64,000 bases of DNA, taken from Leptonemataceae bacterium (GTDB lineage: Bacteria; Spirochaetota; Leptospiria; Leptospirales; Leptonemataceae). The notes beneath the pieces are model-generated. The model saw only the letters and a program-made list of their open reading frames with translations. It did not search any database and was not told the DNA's origin. The stretch is from contig OZ245742.1 in assembly GCA_965227295.1 (NCBI GenBank), positions 4,416,001 to 4,480,000 of the forward strand, written 5' to 3'. The translations under genes and the position numbers were made by a program. Shown here piece after piece: positions 39,050 to 48,870 of the stretch. Within the stretch, counting starts at the first letter, position 1. The number at the start of each line of letters is the position of its first letter.

Positions 39050-39122
39050 GACTCCTCGCTTGCTCCCGGGGCCCGGGGCTGACCTATTCAGCCCCGGAGC
39101 ACGGGGAACTCAACGAAAAAAC

Positions 39123-39153
39123 AAAAAACCCGCGATCCGAAGACCGCGGGTTT
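39123..39153 (-). terminator. Intrinsic terminator after cfpA
   Basis: Minus strand AAACCCGCGGTC-TTCG-GATCGCGGGTTTTTT, with a cUUCGg loop. Confidence 0.8.
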
Positions 39154-39187
39154 GCGGGGCCGTCGCCGGCCCCTTCGAAAACTCTTC

Positions 39188-41260
39188 TCAGAGTTCTTTC
39201 AAGCCCATCTCTTTGAGTTTGTCCTCGTAAGATTTGGGCGTTACATCGGCCGAGCCTGCGACTCCGCCGGCTCCCGCCGGGGCGTCGCCGCCTCCTCCGC
39301 CACCGGACGGGGGTGCGGGCGGCGGTGGCGGAGGTGCTCCACCACCGTCGTCGTCCGGTCCCTGGTTTTGGTTCGCGGAATCGGCCGTGCTATACGCCAG
39401 AGACGCTGCGGTCTCTTTCATCTCGTCGCTGCCGAAGTTCTGATCGATATCCGCACGCATCGTAGAACGACGGCGCTTGAACGAAGCGAAGGCCGCGTCC
39501 GCGAAGCCCTGAGAGACGCCGTGGAGGAATTCGTTCAGAACGTTCGCCATGGCTTTCATCATGTATTGCTTGCGCTTGGTCGTGGTGAGGTCCACGTCCA
39601 GGAGCAGGCCGGGCTGCAGTTGATGCGGGTTGATTTCGTAGATGAAGGAGTTGAACTCTTTTTCGAGGAGATTCAACCGCTCATCGAGAACGACGCGTTC
39701 TACCGGGTTCTGGTAGCCGAACATTTCCTGGAGCATGCTCTGGAGGTAGTTCAGTTTATCGCCGACGTTCTTGATTTCGACCTGATACGTGCGATTGTTC
39801 TTCTCGACGAAGGTGCTCGCCGGATCGCGGAACTGGAGTTCGTTCCAGTGCAGTTCGTCCGGATCCTGATTGATGGCCTTGCGATCCTTCACCCACTGGC
39901 GCGGCATGAGCTTTTCGGTTAGGTCCTCGAAGTCGCCCATCTTCTTGCTGAGGCCGAGCCACTTGGACTTCCGCTTTTCGTACAGCGTATGCACGACGTC
40001 CCAGACAGCGTCCACTTCCCGGAGGAATGCGGCGATGCGGTTGTCGTAGATGCGCTTGAGTTCGCGGATCTGGTTTTGATCGAAGTAAACCAGGCGGATG
40101 GCGTAGCGCTCGTCCGGAAGCTGCGTCTCGTCCAGATCTTCGTACTCACGGATGATACACTCGCGGGCGTTCTTGTTGTTATCGCAAAACTGATAACCGA
40201 GGCGCGAGGTATCAAGGATCGAGGTCAGCGTGTTCACGGCGGTGTTGAAGCCGCGGTTCCGAATGTTCTCGTTGTCGATGATCTTCTTGATCTGCTCCCG
40301 CATGTTCAGCGGGTCGTAGTCTTCTTGATCGATCTCTGCGCGCAGGCCGTCGATTTTATCGAGGAACTTCTTGCCGAGGATGGTGTAACGACGGGAGTTC
40401 GGGTCCGAGACGTTGTCGTCGGTGAACTTCTCGACGAGCTTGATCTTCTCGAACATGATCTCGGAGTCGCTGAGCTCGGCACGACCGGAGTCCACCATCT
40501 CTTCTTTGAGCTTTTCGATCTCGCGATCGATGAGTTCGGAAATGTGCTGGGAGAGCTGCTCTTTCAGCAGGTGCTCCACGGTTACCTGATAGTGGAAGAT
40601 CCGGGAAATGAGCTCGGAGTCCAGGATGTTGATGGAGAGTTTGATGTCCGAAACGGTCTTCGGTTTGAAGGCGTTGTCCTTGAACGCGCACTTTACGATG
40701 GAGTAAGCATTCTCACCGCGAACGAAGGCGCCGATGTCCGTTTTTTGACGGAGGATGGCGTTCGTTTCGTTCTCCAGGTCGTTCATACCCCGCTGGATAT
40801 GGCCCTGAAGGTGACCGTACATGTTCACGACGGACTTCTCTAATTCACCCGTGTTGAACTTGTCGGAGCCGCCGATTTTATCCAGCAGTTCGACGATTTC
40901 TTTCGGAGTGTACCGGGCGAGGCTTTTGACTTCTTCTTTGTCGACGAAGTCGCGGACCTTTTTGACCATCTCATCTTCCACCGTTATCGCGTAACGGTTG
41001 AACATGTTCACGTATGCCTGGTTGACGTAGTTGTAGAGCTTGTCTTCGATGCTCGCCATTACGTCGACGTCTTTGACGACTTCCGGCGGCAACTTCGTCT
41101 GCGTGTACTCGGAAATGTAGCGCGCGGTCTCGTCGATGATGCGCTTCGCTTCCGCGGGTTTGTCTCGACCCTCCCACACCAATGAGGTACGCGATGCGAC
41201 CGCACTGGGAAGAACAGGATCGATTTTATTCGGGCTTTTCGGGAATTGCCCCACTGCCAT
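39188..41260 (-). CDS. cfpA: Cytoplasmic filament protein CfpA family
   Basis: 690 aa; PSAVASR, NTGELEKSVVNMYGHLQGHIQRG, ENIRNRGFNTAVN, QPGLLLDVDLT, AAFASFKRRRST match my recollection of the spirochaete CfpA family. Confidence 0.82.
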   Translation of the reverse strand: MAVGQFPKSPNKIDPVLPSAVASRTSLVWEGRDKPAEAKRIIDETARYISEYTQTKLPPEVVKDVDVMASIEDKLYNYVNQAYVNMFNRYAITVEDEMVKKVRDFVDKEEVKSLARYTPKEIVELLDKIGGSDKFNTGELEKSVVNMYGHLQGHIQRGMNDLENETNAILRQKTDIGAFVRGENAYSIVKCAFKDNAFKPKTVSDIKLSINILDSELISRIFHYQVTVEHLLKEQLSQHISELIDREIEKLKEEMVDSGRAELSDSEIMFEKIKLVEKFTDDNVSDPNSRRYTILGKKFLDKIDGLRAEIDQEDYDPLNMREQIKKIIDNENIRNRGFNTAVNTLTSILDTSRLGYQFCDNNKNARECIIREYEDLDETQLPDERYAIRLVYFDQNQIRELKRIYDNRIAAFLREVDAVWDVVHTLYEKRKSKWLGLSKKMGDFEDLTEKLMPRQWVKDRKAINQDPDELHWNELQFRDPASTFVEKNNRTYQVEIKNVGDKLNYLQSMLQEMFGYQNPVERVVLDERLNLLEKEFNSFIYEINPHQLQPGLLLDVDLTTTKRKQYMMKAMANVLNEFLHGVSQGFADAAFASFKRRRSTMRADIDQNFGSDEMKETAASLAYSTADSANQNQGPDDDGGGAPPPPPPAPPSGGGGGGDAPAGAGGVAGSADVTPKSYEDKLKEMGLKEL

Positions 41261-41542
41261 AGGATGCCTCCGACTCTAACTTAAAGGGAATTGTATTTCG
41301 TTTTCTTTTCTCTGAAACCAGGGGAACGCGTCTGTCAGGAAACGCGCAATGCGAGAGCGTGCGATGTGAGCCATAAACGACGCGGACGCATGTTTTATGA
41401 TCCTCAGACCGGCCCCTTATTTTTACAACTAAAAAAATTGCCGGTCATTTCAGCGTGCGCTTTAAAAAAATTCGACCGTTCGTTCAAGGGAACATAATCC
41501 CCGCAGGTGTGCCCTGACGTAAATCCGACATTCGGCCGGCGC

Positions 41543-42724
41543 TTACAAGAGGCGCCGTAGCAGTTCCGTAAATGAATTGGCAACCATCGCATGGCCCTGA
41601 CGGTTTAGATGGCGGTCTTTTTCATAAAAGAGCGCGACCGGCGCGGCCTGCAACGGGGGCAAAAGGTCGACGAACACAAGACTTTCGCGTTCCAGTAAAG
41701 CCGTAAAGTCACGGCGTACGCGCTCCTCCATCAATGGGGCCGCATCATCCAGCGCGAAGAAGGCTTCCATGCGCGCGAACTCCGGTTTTTTCCGACTGCG
41801 CTCCGCCTGTACTCCGGTCGGCAGGAGCAAAAAAACGGGACGTACGTTCCGACTGCGAGTTTCACGTACGACTTCTTTCAATAAGAAAGCAGCTCCGGCC
41901 GATGCCGCGGCGAAGGCGTCGTCCGCACGGAGGATGTGCGCCTGCAAATAGCCCTGGGCGAGGGCACCGGAGGATGTACGAAAGATCCGTCGCCGGACTT
42001 CTTCGCGTGTTTCGATGGGATCCAGTAACCCGAAGGCTCTGCGAAATCCGTGCACGACGTGCAGACCACGCACCGGGCGCGGCCCTTCGACCAGCGCAAA
42101 GGGCTGCACCACCCGCATGGCATCCAGGGCCGCGCGATTCCCGGCGGGATCTTCGGAAAAACCGGCGCCGTAGATTTCGGCGTAGTCGTTCCCGGTATAA
42201 AAGACAAAGACCGCGATATCCGGACGGAGTTCGGCGTGCTTCATAAACAAACGCAGTTGATGATGGAGGGCCGTTACGCCGACGCCGGCGTTGATCAGCT
42301 CCACGTCCAGGCCGGAGTCCGTTAACATTCGCTCCGCAACATTTACAAACGAATCCCGGTTGCGAACGTAACCGTCCGTATGCGAATCTCCGAAGACCAT
42401 CACCCGGTGGCGGTGAGTCGAAGCGAGCGGGGTCGGCTCATCCTCCCGAAAACCGCGGTTGTTCGTGCGGAACGTAAGCACGCCCTCCTCCGCTTCGGGC
42501 CAGGGCAGCACACGCTCGAAGTTCGGTGTATGGACGTGCCCGGCGAAGGCATCCGGCTGAAAGTAATCCCGGGTGAACCGGGCGTTTTCTTCGAGGCCGG
42601 GGTTGTAGTTTGCGAGAAATCGGAGCGTGAGTTCCGCGACTGCGAGGCCGACGAGCGCCATGAGGACGAACGCGATCGCGTAGAAGGCGATGAGTTTGCG
42701 GGGGCTGAGGGTTGGTTTGTTCAC
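41543..42724 (-). CDS. SGNH/GDSL hydrolase family (AlgX/AlgJ-like) membrane-anchored protein
   Basis: FGDSHT, NAGV, TGND, DRHLN; GTG start at 42724 chosen because it lies outside the repeat. Confidence 0.85.
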   Translation of the reverse strand: MNKPTLSPRKLIAFYAIAFVLMALVGLAVAELTLRFLANYNPGLEENARFTRDYFQPDAFAGHVHTPNFERVLPWPEAEEGVLTFRTNNRGFREDEPTPLASTHRHRVMVFGDSHTDGYVRNRDSFVNVAERMLTDSGLDVELINAGVGVTALHHQLRLFMKHAELRPDIAVFVFYTGNDYAEIYGAGFSEDPAGNRAALDAMRVVQPFALVEGPRPVRGLHVVHGFRRAFGLLDPIETREEVRRRIFRTSSGALAQGYLQAHILRADDAFAAASAGAAFLLKEVVRETRSRNVRPVFLLLPTGVQAERSRKKPEFARMEAFFALDDAAPLMEERVRRDFTALLERESLVFVDLLPPLQAAPVALFYEKDRHLNRQGHAMVANSFTELLRRLL

Positions 42725-42737
42725 GGGAAGCAGATTG

Positions 42738-42849
42738 GACTCCGAGGATCGAGGTACCGAGAACAAAGGATTGAGGGCGATCTCATCCGAACGCCATACG
42801 GGGACGACACGCCGTCCCCAAAACCCTCGGTACCTCGGCCCTCGGAGTC
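42738..42849. repeat. MITE/REP-like element with 24-bp imperfect terminal inverted repeats, family C
   Basis: GACTCCGAGGATCGAGGTACCGAG (42738-42761) / CTCGGTACCTCGGCCCTCGGAGTC (42826-42849). Confidence 0.85.
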
Positions 42850-42857
42850 AATCCATC

Positions 42858-45398
42858 TTACAAATCATCCTCGGAGAAGATATCCCCGGGGCGTTTGATG
42901 ACTTCTTCCTCGCCCGAGATTCCTCCCGGACCGAAGAGTTCTTCCAGGTTTTCGCCGGCATCCTTTGGTTGCGTGCCTGGATGAAAGAGTTCCACCCGGC
43001 GGCCGCTGCAACCGGGGCCGGGCAACATGCCCGTATTTTCGCAGATCTCCACGCGCACCAGGTTCGCTTCGGGGAATTCGAAGCGCGTGCCCTCCTCCGT
43101 GCGATGGGCCTTTTGCATGTAGCGACCCCAGACCGGCGCGGCCAGACCGCCGCCCGTCGCGCCGGCGCCGAGAGACATGGGCCGGTCGTGGCCGATGTAA
43201 ACCGCGGTCACCAGGCGCGGCGTGTAGCCGACGAACCAGGCGTTGGAATTTCGGTTGGTGGTTCCGGTCTTGCCGGCGACCGGCCATCCGCCCAGGCGCG
43301 CGGCCTTGCCCGTGCCCCGCTCAACGACGTCACGCAAAAGCGAAGTCATGATCTCGGCGGTGCCGGCCTTGAGGATACGGCGGCGCTCCACTTCGGGGCC
43401 GTTCCGGTCGCGCACGTCATAGAGGATGTTGCCCTCGGTGTCGGTGATGTGCGTGATGACGTACGGTTCCACGGCATAGCCGCCGGAAGCGAACGTGGCA
43501 TAGGCCCGCGCCATTTCGAACGGACTCACCGCGTGACTGCCCAGGGCCACCGCCGCTTCACGCGGCAGCGATCCTGCTTTCATGCGCAGGAGTTTTTCCA
43601 CGGTGGGATTGATCATGTCCGGGCCCACGCGTTCGTAGACGCGCACGGCGACGGCGTTCTTCGAAAGGGCGAGTCCGCGGCGCAGGCGGATCAAACCTTC
43701 GTAGCTGCGTGAGTAGTTCTCCGGCGAGTACTCGGAAAGATCGGCGCTCACGAAGGTCACCGGCGAATCGTCGACCAGCGTCGCCGCGGTGAGGGTGCGT
43801 TCGCCGGCCGGTTGATCCGCGGTGGAATCGATGGCCGAGGCATAGACGAGCGGCTTAAACGCGCTGCCGGGCTGACGACTGGCCTGCACGAAGCGCAACT
43901 GCTGGTTCGAAGATTTGAAACCGGATCCGCCGATGACCGCGGTAATGGCCCCGTTCTCCGGACGCAGGGTGATCAGCGCTCCTTCCACGGCCTGGGATTC
44001 TTCAATCACACGAAAGCCCTCGGCCGTGTGATGTTCCAGCGCGTTCGGCGTGTTCCAGCTTCCGGCCAGATGACCGAGCAAAAACAGTTCCGGCACCATG
44101 TCTTCTTCGAAGGCGCGCAGAAACTTCCGTTCTTCCCGGCTGATCTTGATCTTGAAGTCCGGCTGCTCGAACAAAAGGAAGCTCATGCGCTGGAGTTCGC
44201 TGTACTCGTCATCGAAGGCGTCGAAGAACCGAAACGGCGCGCGCCGACGGCGGGCGGTTTGTTCGAGGAGATACGGCGGCAGGGTTTCTTCGGCCGCGGT
44301 CTGGTGGGCGTGGTTGATCGTCGTGTAGATGCGATAGCCGCCGCTGTAGAGTCCGCGGCGAATCGCGGACGGCAGGTCCCCGCGGTCCGTAAGTTCGTCG
44401 ATCTGGCGGAGGATGTACGCCGTGGCGTAGGGATGCAGATTCAGGCGCTGGTGAAAGGCGTTGTCGTGGGGCGAACGATCCAGGACGGCGTAGAAATCCT
44501 GCTCGAGCTTGCGAAACTCCCGCTCCGCCTCGCTTACGGTGAGGTCGCCGTTTTCGACGAGTTTCTGAAAGGTAACACGAACCTTGCGCCGCGATTCCGA
44601 GGGATTCTTGAACGGCGACAGAGACTCGGGCCGCGTGGTGAGCGAAGAGATGACCGCCGCTTCGCCCCACTCCAGTTCATGGAACGGCTTCTCAAAGTAG
44701 AACTGTGACGCCGCTTCGACACCGTGGGCGCCGTGGCCCAGGTAGACCATGTTCAGATAGATTTCCATGATCTGGCGTTTGCTGTAGCGCATTTCGATGA
44801 GCAGCGACAAAAAGGCCTCACGCAGCTTGCGCACGATGTTGCGTTCGTTCGTAAGAAAACGCAGTCGCGCCACCTGCTGCGTGATTGTGGATGCGCCTTC
44901 CCGCACCGAACCCGCGAGCACATTGACCAGGGCCGCACGCAAAATGCCCTCGAAGTCGATGCCGGGATGCGAGAGGAACTTGTTGTCCTCGGTGGCAATG
45001 AAACAGCGGACGATCTTTGAGTTCATGCCCCGCGGTCCGTCGCCCTCTTCCAGTTCAATGACCCGCCGGCTCTTGCGCAGCAGCTCCGAGATCTCCATGG
45101 CCTCGCCGTCTTCGCCGACACCGTAGATGATCGACGGCTGATTGTAGCCGGAGTCGGTGTAAACCCGGTAAAAATCCGCGGGCGTGCCGCCGATCAACGC
45201 CAGGCACAAACCGCCGAGTCCCAGAGCCACCAGCGTCGCGCGCCGCAGGGCCCTGCCGTCGCTCTCGCCCCACCAGCGCGCGAATCTCAGGTTCAGCCCG
45301 TAGTAGAACGTGCGCGCGAACAACCCGGTCCGTCCCGGCGGCGTAAAGATGCTCTGCCGGTATGGATTCTCGCCTTCGGTTAACTTGTCGCTGCTCAT
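42858..45398 (-). CDS. Class A penicillin-binding protein (PBP1A)
   Basis: Transglycosylase motifs EDNKFLSHPG, GASTITQQ, RKLRE, YLN; transpeptidase motifs SAFK, SKN, KTGT. Confidence 0.95.
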   Translation of the reverse strand: MSSDKLTEGENPYRQSIFTPPGRTGLFARTFYYGLNLRFARWWGESDGRALRRATLVALGLGGLCLALIGGTPADFYRVYTDSGYNQPSIIYGVGEDGEAMEISELLRKSRRVIELEEGDGPRGMNSKIVRCFIATEDNKFLSHPGIDFEGILRAALVNVLAGSVREGASTITQQVARLRFLTNERNIVRKLREAFLSLLIEMRYSKRQIMEIYLNMVYLGHGAHGVEAASQFYFEKPFHELEWGEAAVISSLTTRPESLSPFKNPSESRRKVRVTFQKLVENGDLTVSEAEREFRKLEQDFYAVLDRSPHDNAFHQRLNLHPYATAYILRQIDELTDRGDLPSAIRRGLYSGGYRIYTTINHAHQTAAEETLPPYLLEQTARRRRAPFRFFDAFDDEYSELQRMSFLLFEQPDFKIKISREERKFLRAFEEDMVPELFLLGHLAGSWNTPNALEHHTAEGFRVIEESQAVEGALITLRPENGAITAVIGGSGFKSSNQQLRFVQASRQPGSAFKPLVYASAIDSTADQPAGERTLTAATLVDDSPVTFVSADLSEYSPENYSRSYEGLIRLRRGLALSKNAVAVRVYERVGPDMINPTVEKLLRMKAGSLPREAAVALGSHAVSPFEMARAYATFASGGYAVEPYVITHITDTEGNILYDVRDRNGPEVERRRILKAGTAEIMTSLLRDVVERGTGKAARLGGWPVAGKTGTTNRNSNAWFVGYTPRLVTAVYIGHDRPMSLGAGATGGGLAAPVWGRYMQKAHRTEEGTRFEFPEANLVRVEICENTGMLPGPGCSGRRVELFHPGTQPKDAGENLEELFGPGGISGEEEVIKRPGDIFSEDDL

Positions 45399-45428
45399 GG
45401 TTAGTACTTAGATGCCCTTGTTTCGTGA

Positions 45429-45714
45429 TTCGTGTACGCCCGGAATCTAAAGGTATGTGCGCTTAAAGTTTGGGACATATTTATTTGGGTACGGCTGGTT
45501 CCAGGCGACCACGGTTCCCGGGCCGGGGAACTGTGGGGAGCGCACCGGAACGGCGTCTTCTTCGTCGGTTCCAGCGACTCCGATTCGTTCCAGGCCGAAT
45601 TCAACATTCGTAACAAAACGAAACTCCGCAACTCTCCAGGTGCCGTACCCAAATGCTTCTTTTCTTAACTCCTGCCCACTTCTCTTCCTGTTCAAGACTT
45701 GTGCGAACCACAAC
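45429..45714 (-). repeat. Single diverged copy of family A
   Basis: Minus strand TTTGGGTACGGC..GAGTTGCGGAGTTTCGTTTTG..GAAGACGCCGTTCCGGTGCGC..CTGGAACCAGCCGTACCCAAA; perfect 13-bp inverted repeat 45483-45495/45642-45654. Confidence 0.88.
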
Positions 45715-45721
45715 ACCGTGA

Positions 45722-47077
45722 TTACTCCGGCCTGTCGCGGTGAAACGGGAACTTACCCTGCATAAAAAACGTGCGGTAGCAATACAACAAAAACGCCCAG
45801 CCCACGGCCTGGGCCATCAGACTCGCCCACGCCGCGCCGATGATGCCCTCGGTCGGATATAGAATCATGTTCAGTACGAAGCCCGCCATCATGCGCAGCC
45901 CCGCTTCGATGGCAATCAGCCGCGGCTGGTCCAGGGCGACCAGGGCCACACCCAGCGGGGCGAAGTAGATTCGCAAGATAAAGTTGGGATACAATATATA
46001 GAAGACTTTGATTGAGATCAAGAAGTCGGGCCCGAACCACTCCCGGATGAACCAGGGAAATAGCCAGAAGCCCGGCAGAAAAATCACAAAGCCCGGAATG
46101 AGCAGTTGGTAGATGCGCCGAAAAAAATCGCGGAACTGCTCCGGCGTTTCCAGCTGCGAGAAGCGCGGCAACAGAAGCGAGTTCATCGTGGCGAGCAGGA
46201 TCAAAAAGCCCTGCATGGGCAGACGGGCCGCGTTGAAGTGGCCGTTGTCGTCCGGCTCGGAGATGATCAGAACCTCCATCCAGTCCGAGACGATCGCCAT
46301 GAACGCGGCGATCATCATATACGAATTGAACTTTAAGAGCCGGCCGACCCAGGGCTTCCAGTCTTCTTTCGCGGGCCGATGCAGAAACGTGGAGGCCGGA
46401 TACAGAAAAAAGAAGAGCACAATCGAAAGATACGGCCCCAGGGCGAAGGCAAAGAGTACGTGATCGGCGCGCAGCTTGCCCCCGTGATTCACGAGAAAGA
46501 GGGCGAGCAGCAAAAAGCGAATGACGCCGACGCTCGGCAACCAGAACGAGAGCCGCGTAAATTCCTCGTGAGCAACCAGCACGGCATCCAGATACGTCAA
46601 GATCGAAAGACCGAAGCCGCCGAGGAGGATGAACCACACCAACGGCATCATGTCCGGATGCGTGGAACCGAAGAAGGCCGCCACCGTACCGAATCCGGTG
46701 ACCTCCCCGGCCAGAGCGAGAAGCGTAAGATAAGCGCCGACGAGCAGAACGGCGACGGCAAAGGCGTAGAACTTCAACTGGAGCGACGCCCGCAGAATCG
46801 AATGAAAGTTTCCCGTTTCCCCGCGACTCAACGCCGGCGCGAGAAAGCGCACGAGGGATTGTTGCAGGCCGACCTCGGCGAAGGCCTGCACGACGAAGAT
46901 GCGCGCGAGGGCCCAGGAATAAACGCCGAAGTCTTCGACGGTGAGAATGCGCGGTACGATCAGCGAATAGAGCAGCGACACCATGGGGTTCACGGCCCGC
47001 GCCGAGAACAGCAGCGCCGCGCGTCGCACATTGGGAGAAGCGAGGAACGGATAAACTTTTTCCTCTAAGAATGCCAT
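45722..47077 (-). CDS. Oligosaccharide flippase (MOP/Wzx family)
   Basis: Multi-TM protein; RILTVEDFGVYS, EVGL..SLVRF, LLPRFS, GIIGAAWA. Confidence 0.85.
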   Translation of the reverse strand: MAFLEEKVYPFLASPNVRRAALLFSARAVNPMVSLLYSLIVPRILTVEDFGVYSWALARIFVVQAFAEVGLQQSLVRFLAPALSRGETGNFHSILRASLQLKFYAFAVAVLLVGAYLTLLALAGEVTGFGTVAAFFGSTHPDMMPLVWFILLGGFGLSILTYLDAVLVAHEEFTRLSFWLPSVGVIRFLLLALFLVNHGGKLRADHVLFAFALGPYLSIVLFFFLYPASTFLHRPAKEDWKPWVGRLLKFNSYMMIAAFMAIVSDWMEVLIISEPDDNGHFNAARLPMQGFLILLATMNSLLLPRFSQLETPEQFRDFFRRIYQLLIPGFVIFLPGFWLFPWFIREWFGPDFLISIKVFYILYPNFILRIYFAPLGVALVALDQPRLIAIEAGLRMMAGFVLNMILYPTEGIIGAAWASLMAQAVGWAFLLYCYRTFFMQGKFPFHRDRPE

Positions 47078-47102
47078 AGGATGACGTTAGTGCCGAAGGC
47101 CT

Positions 47103-48104
47103 TCAGACAAACGGCTCACTGCGCTTGAGCACGCCGCCCTCGTGCACCAGGAGCTGCGCCCCGGTCTTCGTCCATACGATCGTGTAGACCCGGTGCCGAC
47201 GCTCCCCGTTTTCACGAATGAGTTCCACGCCGCGGAGCAGCGAACTCGAGTGAATGCCCGAGAGTACGATCACCCCTCCGGCCTGCACGAAATCCTTTTC
47301 GTTCAACGTACGCCCCGCGAGGCCCAGAGACTTTGTCTCCGCCCGGCTCTCATCGTTGTGCGGTTGAATGCGCCCCAGAAAACCACCACCGACTTCCCGG
47401 GCCATGAACGCGATGACCACGCCTTCCGGCGCGCCGAAGGTCCCCCATAACATATGTGTGCGACGGCTGCGACCGAGGATGACCCGAAAGGCCGAGGAGA
47501 TGCTGCCGGAATCGATCAACGAGATGCCCGCTCCCGCTTCGCGAATCTCCGCGATGAGTTTTTCGTGCCGCGGCCGATCCTGTACGACGACGCACAGTTC
47601 TTCGACGTCGTGGTCCATGGCCACGGCTACTTTTTTTAAGACGTCCGGCACCGGTGTGTCCAGATCGATCTCGCCGTTATGGATGAGATGCGCGGCGGCG
47701 GGCGGCAGCAGCATCTGCTCCATGTAAGTACCGGGAACGGCGCGCACAGTACCCGCGGGCGCGGCGAGCAGGACGACCATGGAATCCGGCAGGCCTTTCG
47801 CGAAATTGGTAGTGCACTCCAGGGGATCGACGATGAGGTCCACCGCGTTCAGGGATGCGTCGTCGGCTTTGCGGCCGAGGACCTCGCCGGAGTAGAGCAT
47901 GGGCGCCTCGTCCTTGCCGCCCTCGCCCAGGACAATGTGGAACTTAAGGTCCAGGCGGTTCAGCGCATCACGCATGCTTTCCACCGCGGCCTGATCCGCG
48001 CGATGTTTGTCGCCCTTGCCGGAATAGAACATGACCTGGCGCGCCGTGTACTCCGTGACACCGGCCAGTACATCTCCGAGTTGTTCGACTTCTTTGAGGT
48101 TCAT
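47103..48104 (-). CDS. glpX: Fructose-1,6-bisphosphatase class II
   Basis: GKGDK..ADQAAV..MR, GEG.KDEAPMLY.GE, VDPLECT, YMEQ, DRPRH, GAPEGV. Confidence 0.92.
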   Translation of the reverse strand: MNLKEVEQLGDVLAGVTEYTARQVMFYSGKGDKHRADQAAVESMRDALNRLDLKFHIVLGEGGKDEAPMLYSGEVLGRKADDASLNAVDLIVDPLECTTNFAKGLPDSMVVLLAAPAGTVRAVPGTYMEQMLLPPAAAHLIHNGEIDLDTPVPDVLKKVAVAMDHDVEELCVVVQDRPRHEKLIAEIREAGAGISLIDSGSISSAFRVILGRSRRTHMLWGTFGAPEGVVIAFMAREVGGGFLGRIQPHNDESRAETKSLGLAGRTLNEKDFVQAGGVIVLSGIHSSSLLRGVELIRENGERRHRVYTIVWTKTGAQLLVHEGGVLKRSEPFV

Positions 48105-48115
48105 AACGCTTCGAC

Positions 48116-48760
48116 TTACAGGTTGCCGTCCAGCCACAGGATTTGCACCCGGCCGAGATCCACCAGGCCGAAGAACGCCGAGTACTCCATGGTCTGGACG
48201 ACGGGATTGTTCGGACCGTGTTGAGCCGACATCCACAGACGCACCCCGGCATGTTCGTCGCTGCCCGGAATGCGAAACGTGCCCTGCAATGCAACCAGGG
48301 TTCCCCGCGTGAATCCCCGGAAGCTACCGGGGCTTTCGTCCACGCCCAGTTCCTGCGGCGGGGCCCCCGGATTCGCCGGATCTCGCTGTTGGTAGCGGCA
48401 TTGAGCATAGTCCAGCCTGGCCTCGGCATGGCCGTCCTCCGGATAATGGACGCGGTACTCGAAGGAGCAGATGTCCACGCGGTTGCTGTACTGGTACTCG
48501 ATGATTTCATCGCAACCGCCGGAGAGGGAATCGTCATCGGCAGGATAGCAGGACCGTCGGACGATGCCGGCTTCGCGGACGTTTCCATTGCGATCGATGG
48601 CGGTCAGATAGCCCGTCTTCGGGCCATCCAGGTACTCGTGGAGCAACAGAAAGGGACCGCGACTCATGGGCAGATCCGGGTCCAGGCCGCCGCACGCGGC
48701 CGATAGCAGGGCAAGCAGGAGGATCGACAGGAGTCGGGTCGCGGAGAACAGACGGTGCAT
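48116..48760 (-). CDS. Hypothetical lipoprotein
   Basis: MHRLFSATRLLSILLLALLSAAC lipobox. Confidence 0.65.
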   Translation of the reverse strand: MHRLFSATRLLSILLLALLSAACGGLDPDLPMSRGPFLLLHEYLDGPKTGYLTAIDRNGNVREAGIVRRSCYPADDDSLSGGCDEIIEYQYSNRVDICSFEYRVHYPEDGHAEARLDYAQCRYQQRDPANPGAPPQELGVDESPGSFRGFTRGTLVALQGTFRIPGSDEHAGVRLWMSAQHGPNNPVVQTMEYSAFFGLVDLGRVQILWLDGNL

Positions 48761-48870
48761 CTCGGTAAGATCCTTATCTCCTCCCGGCCTGGGGCGGCAA
48801 GGATTTCGTCGCATTTCGGGCCGGAAAATTCTGTTGCGGATCAGAGCGACGTGGGAAGAATCGAGGTTCC

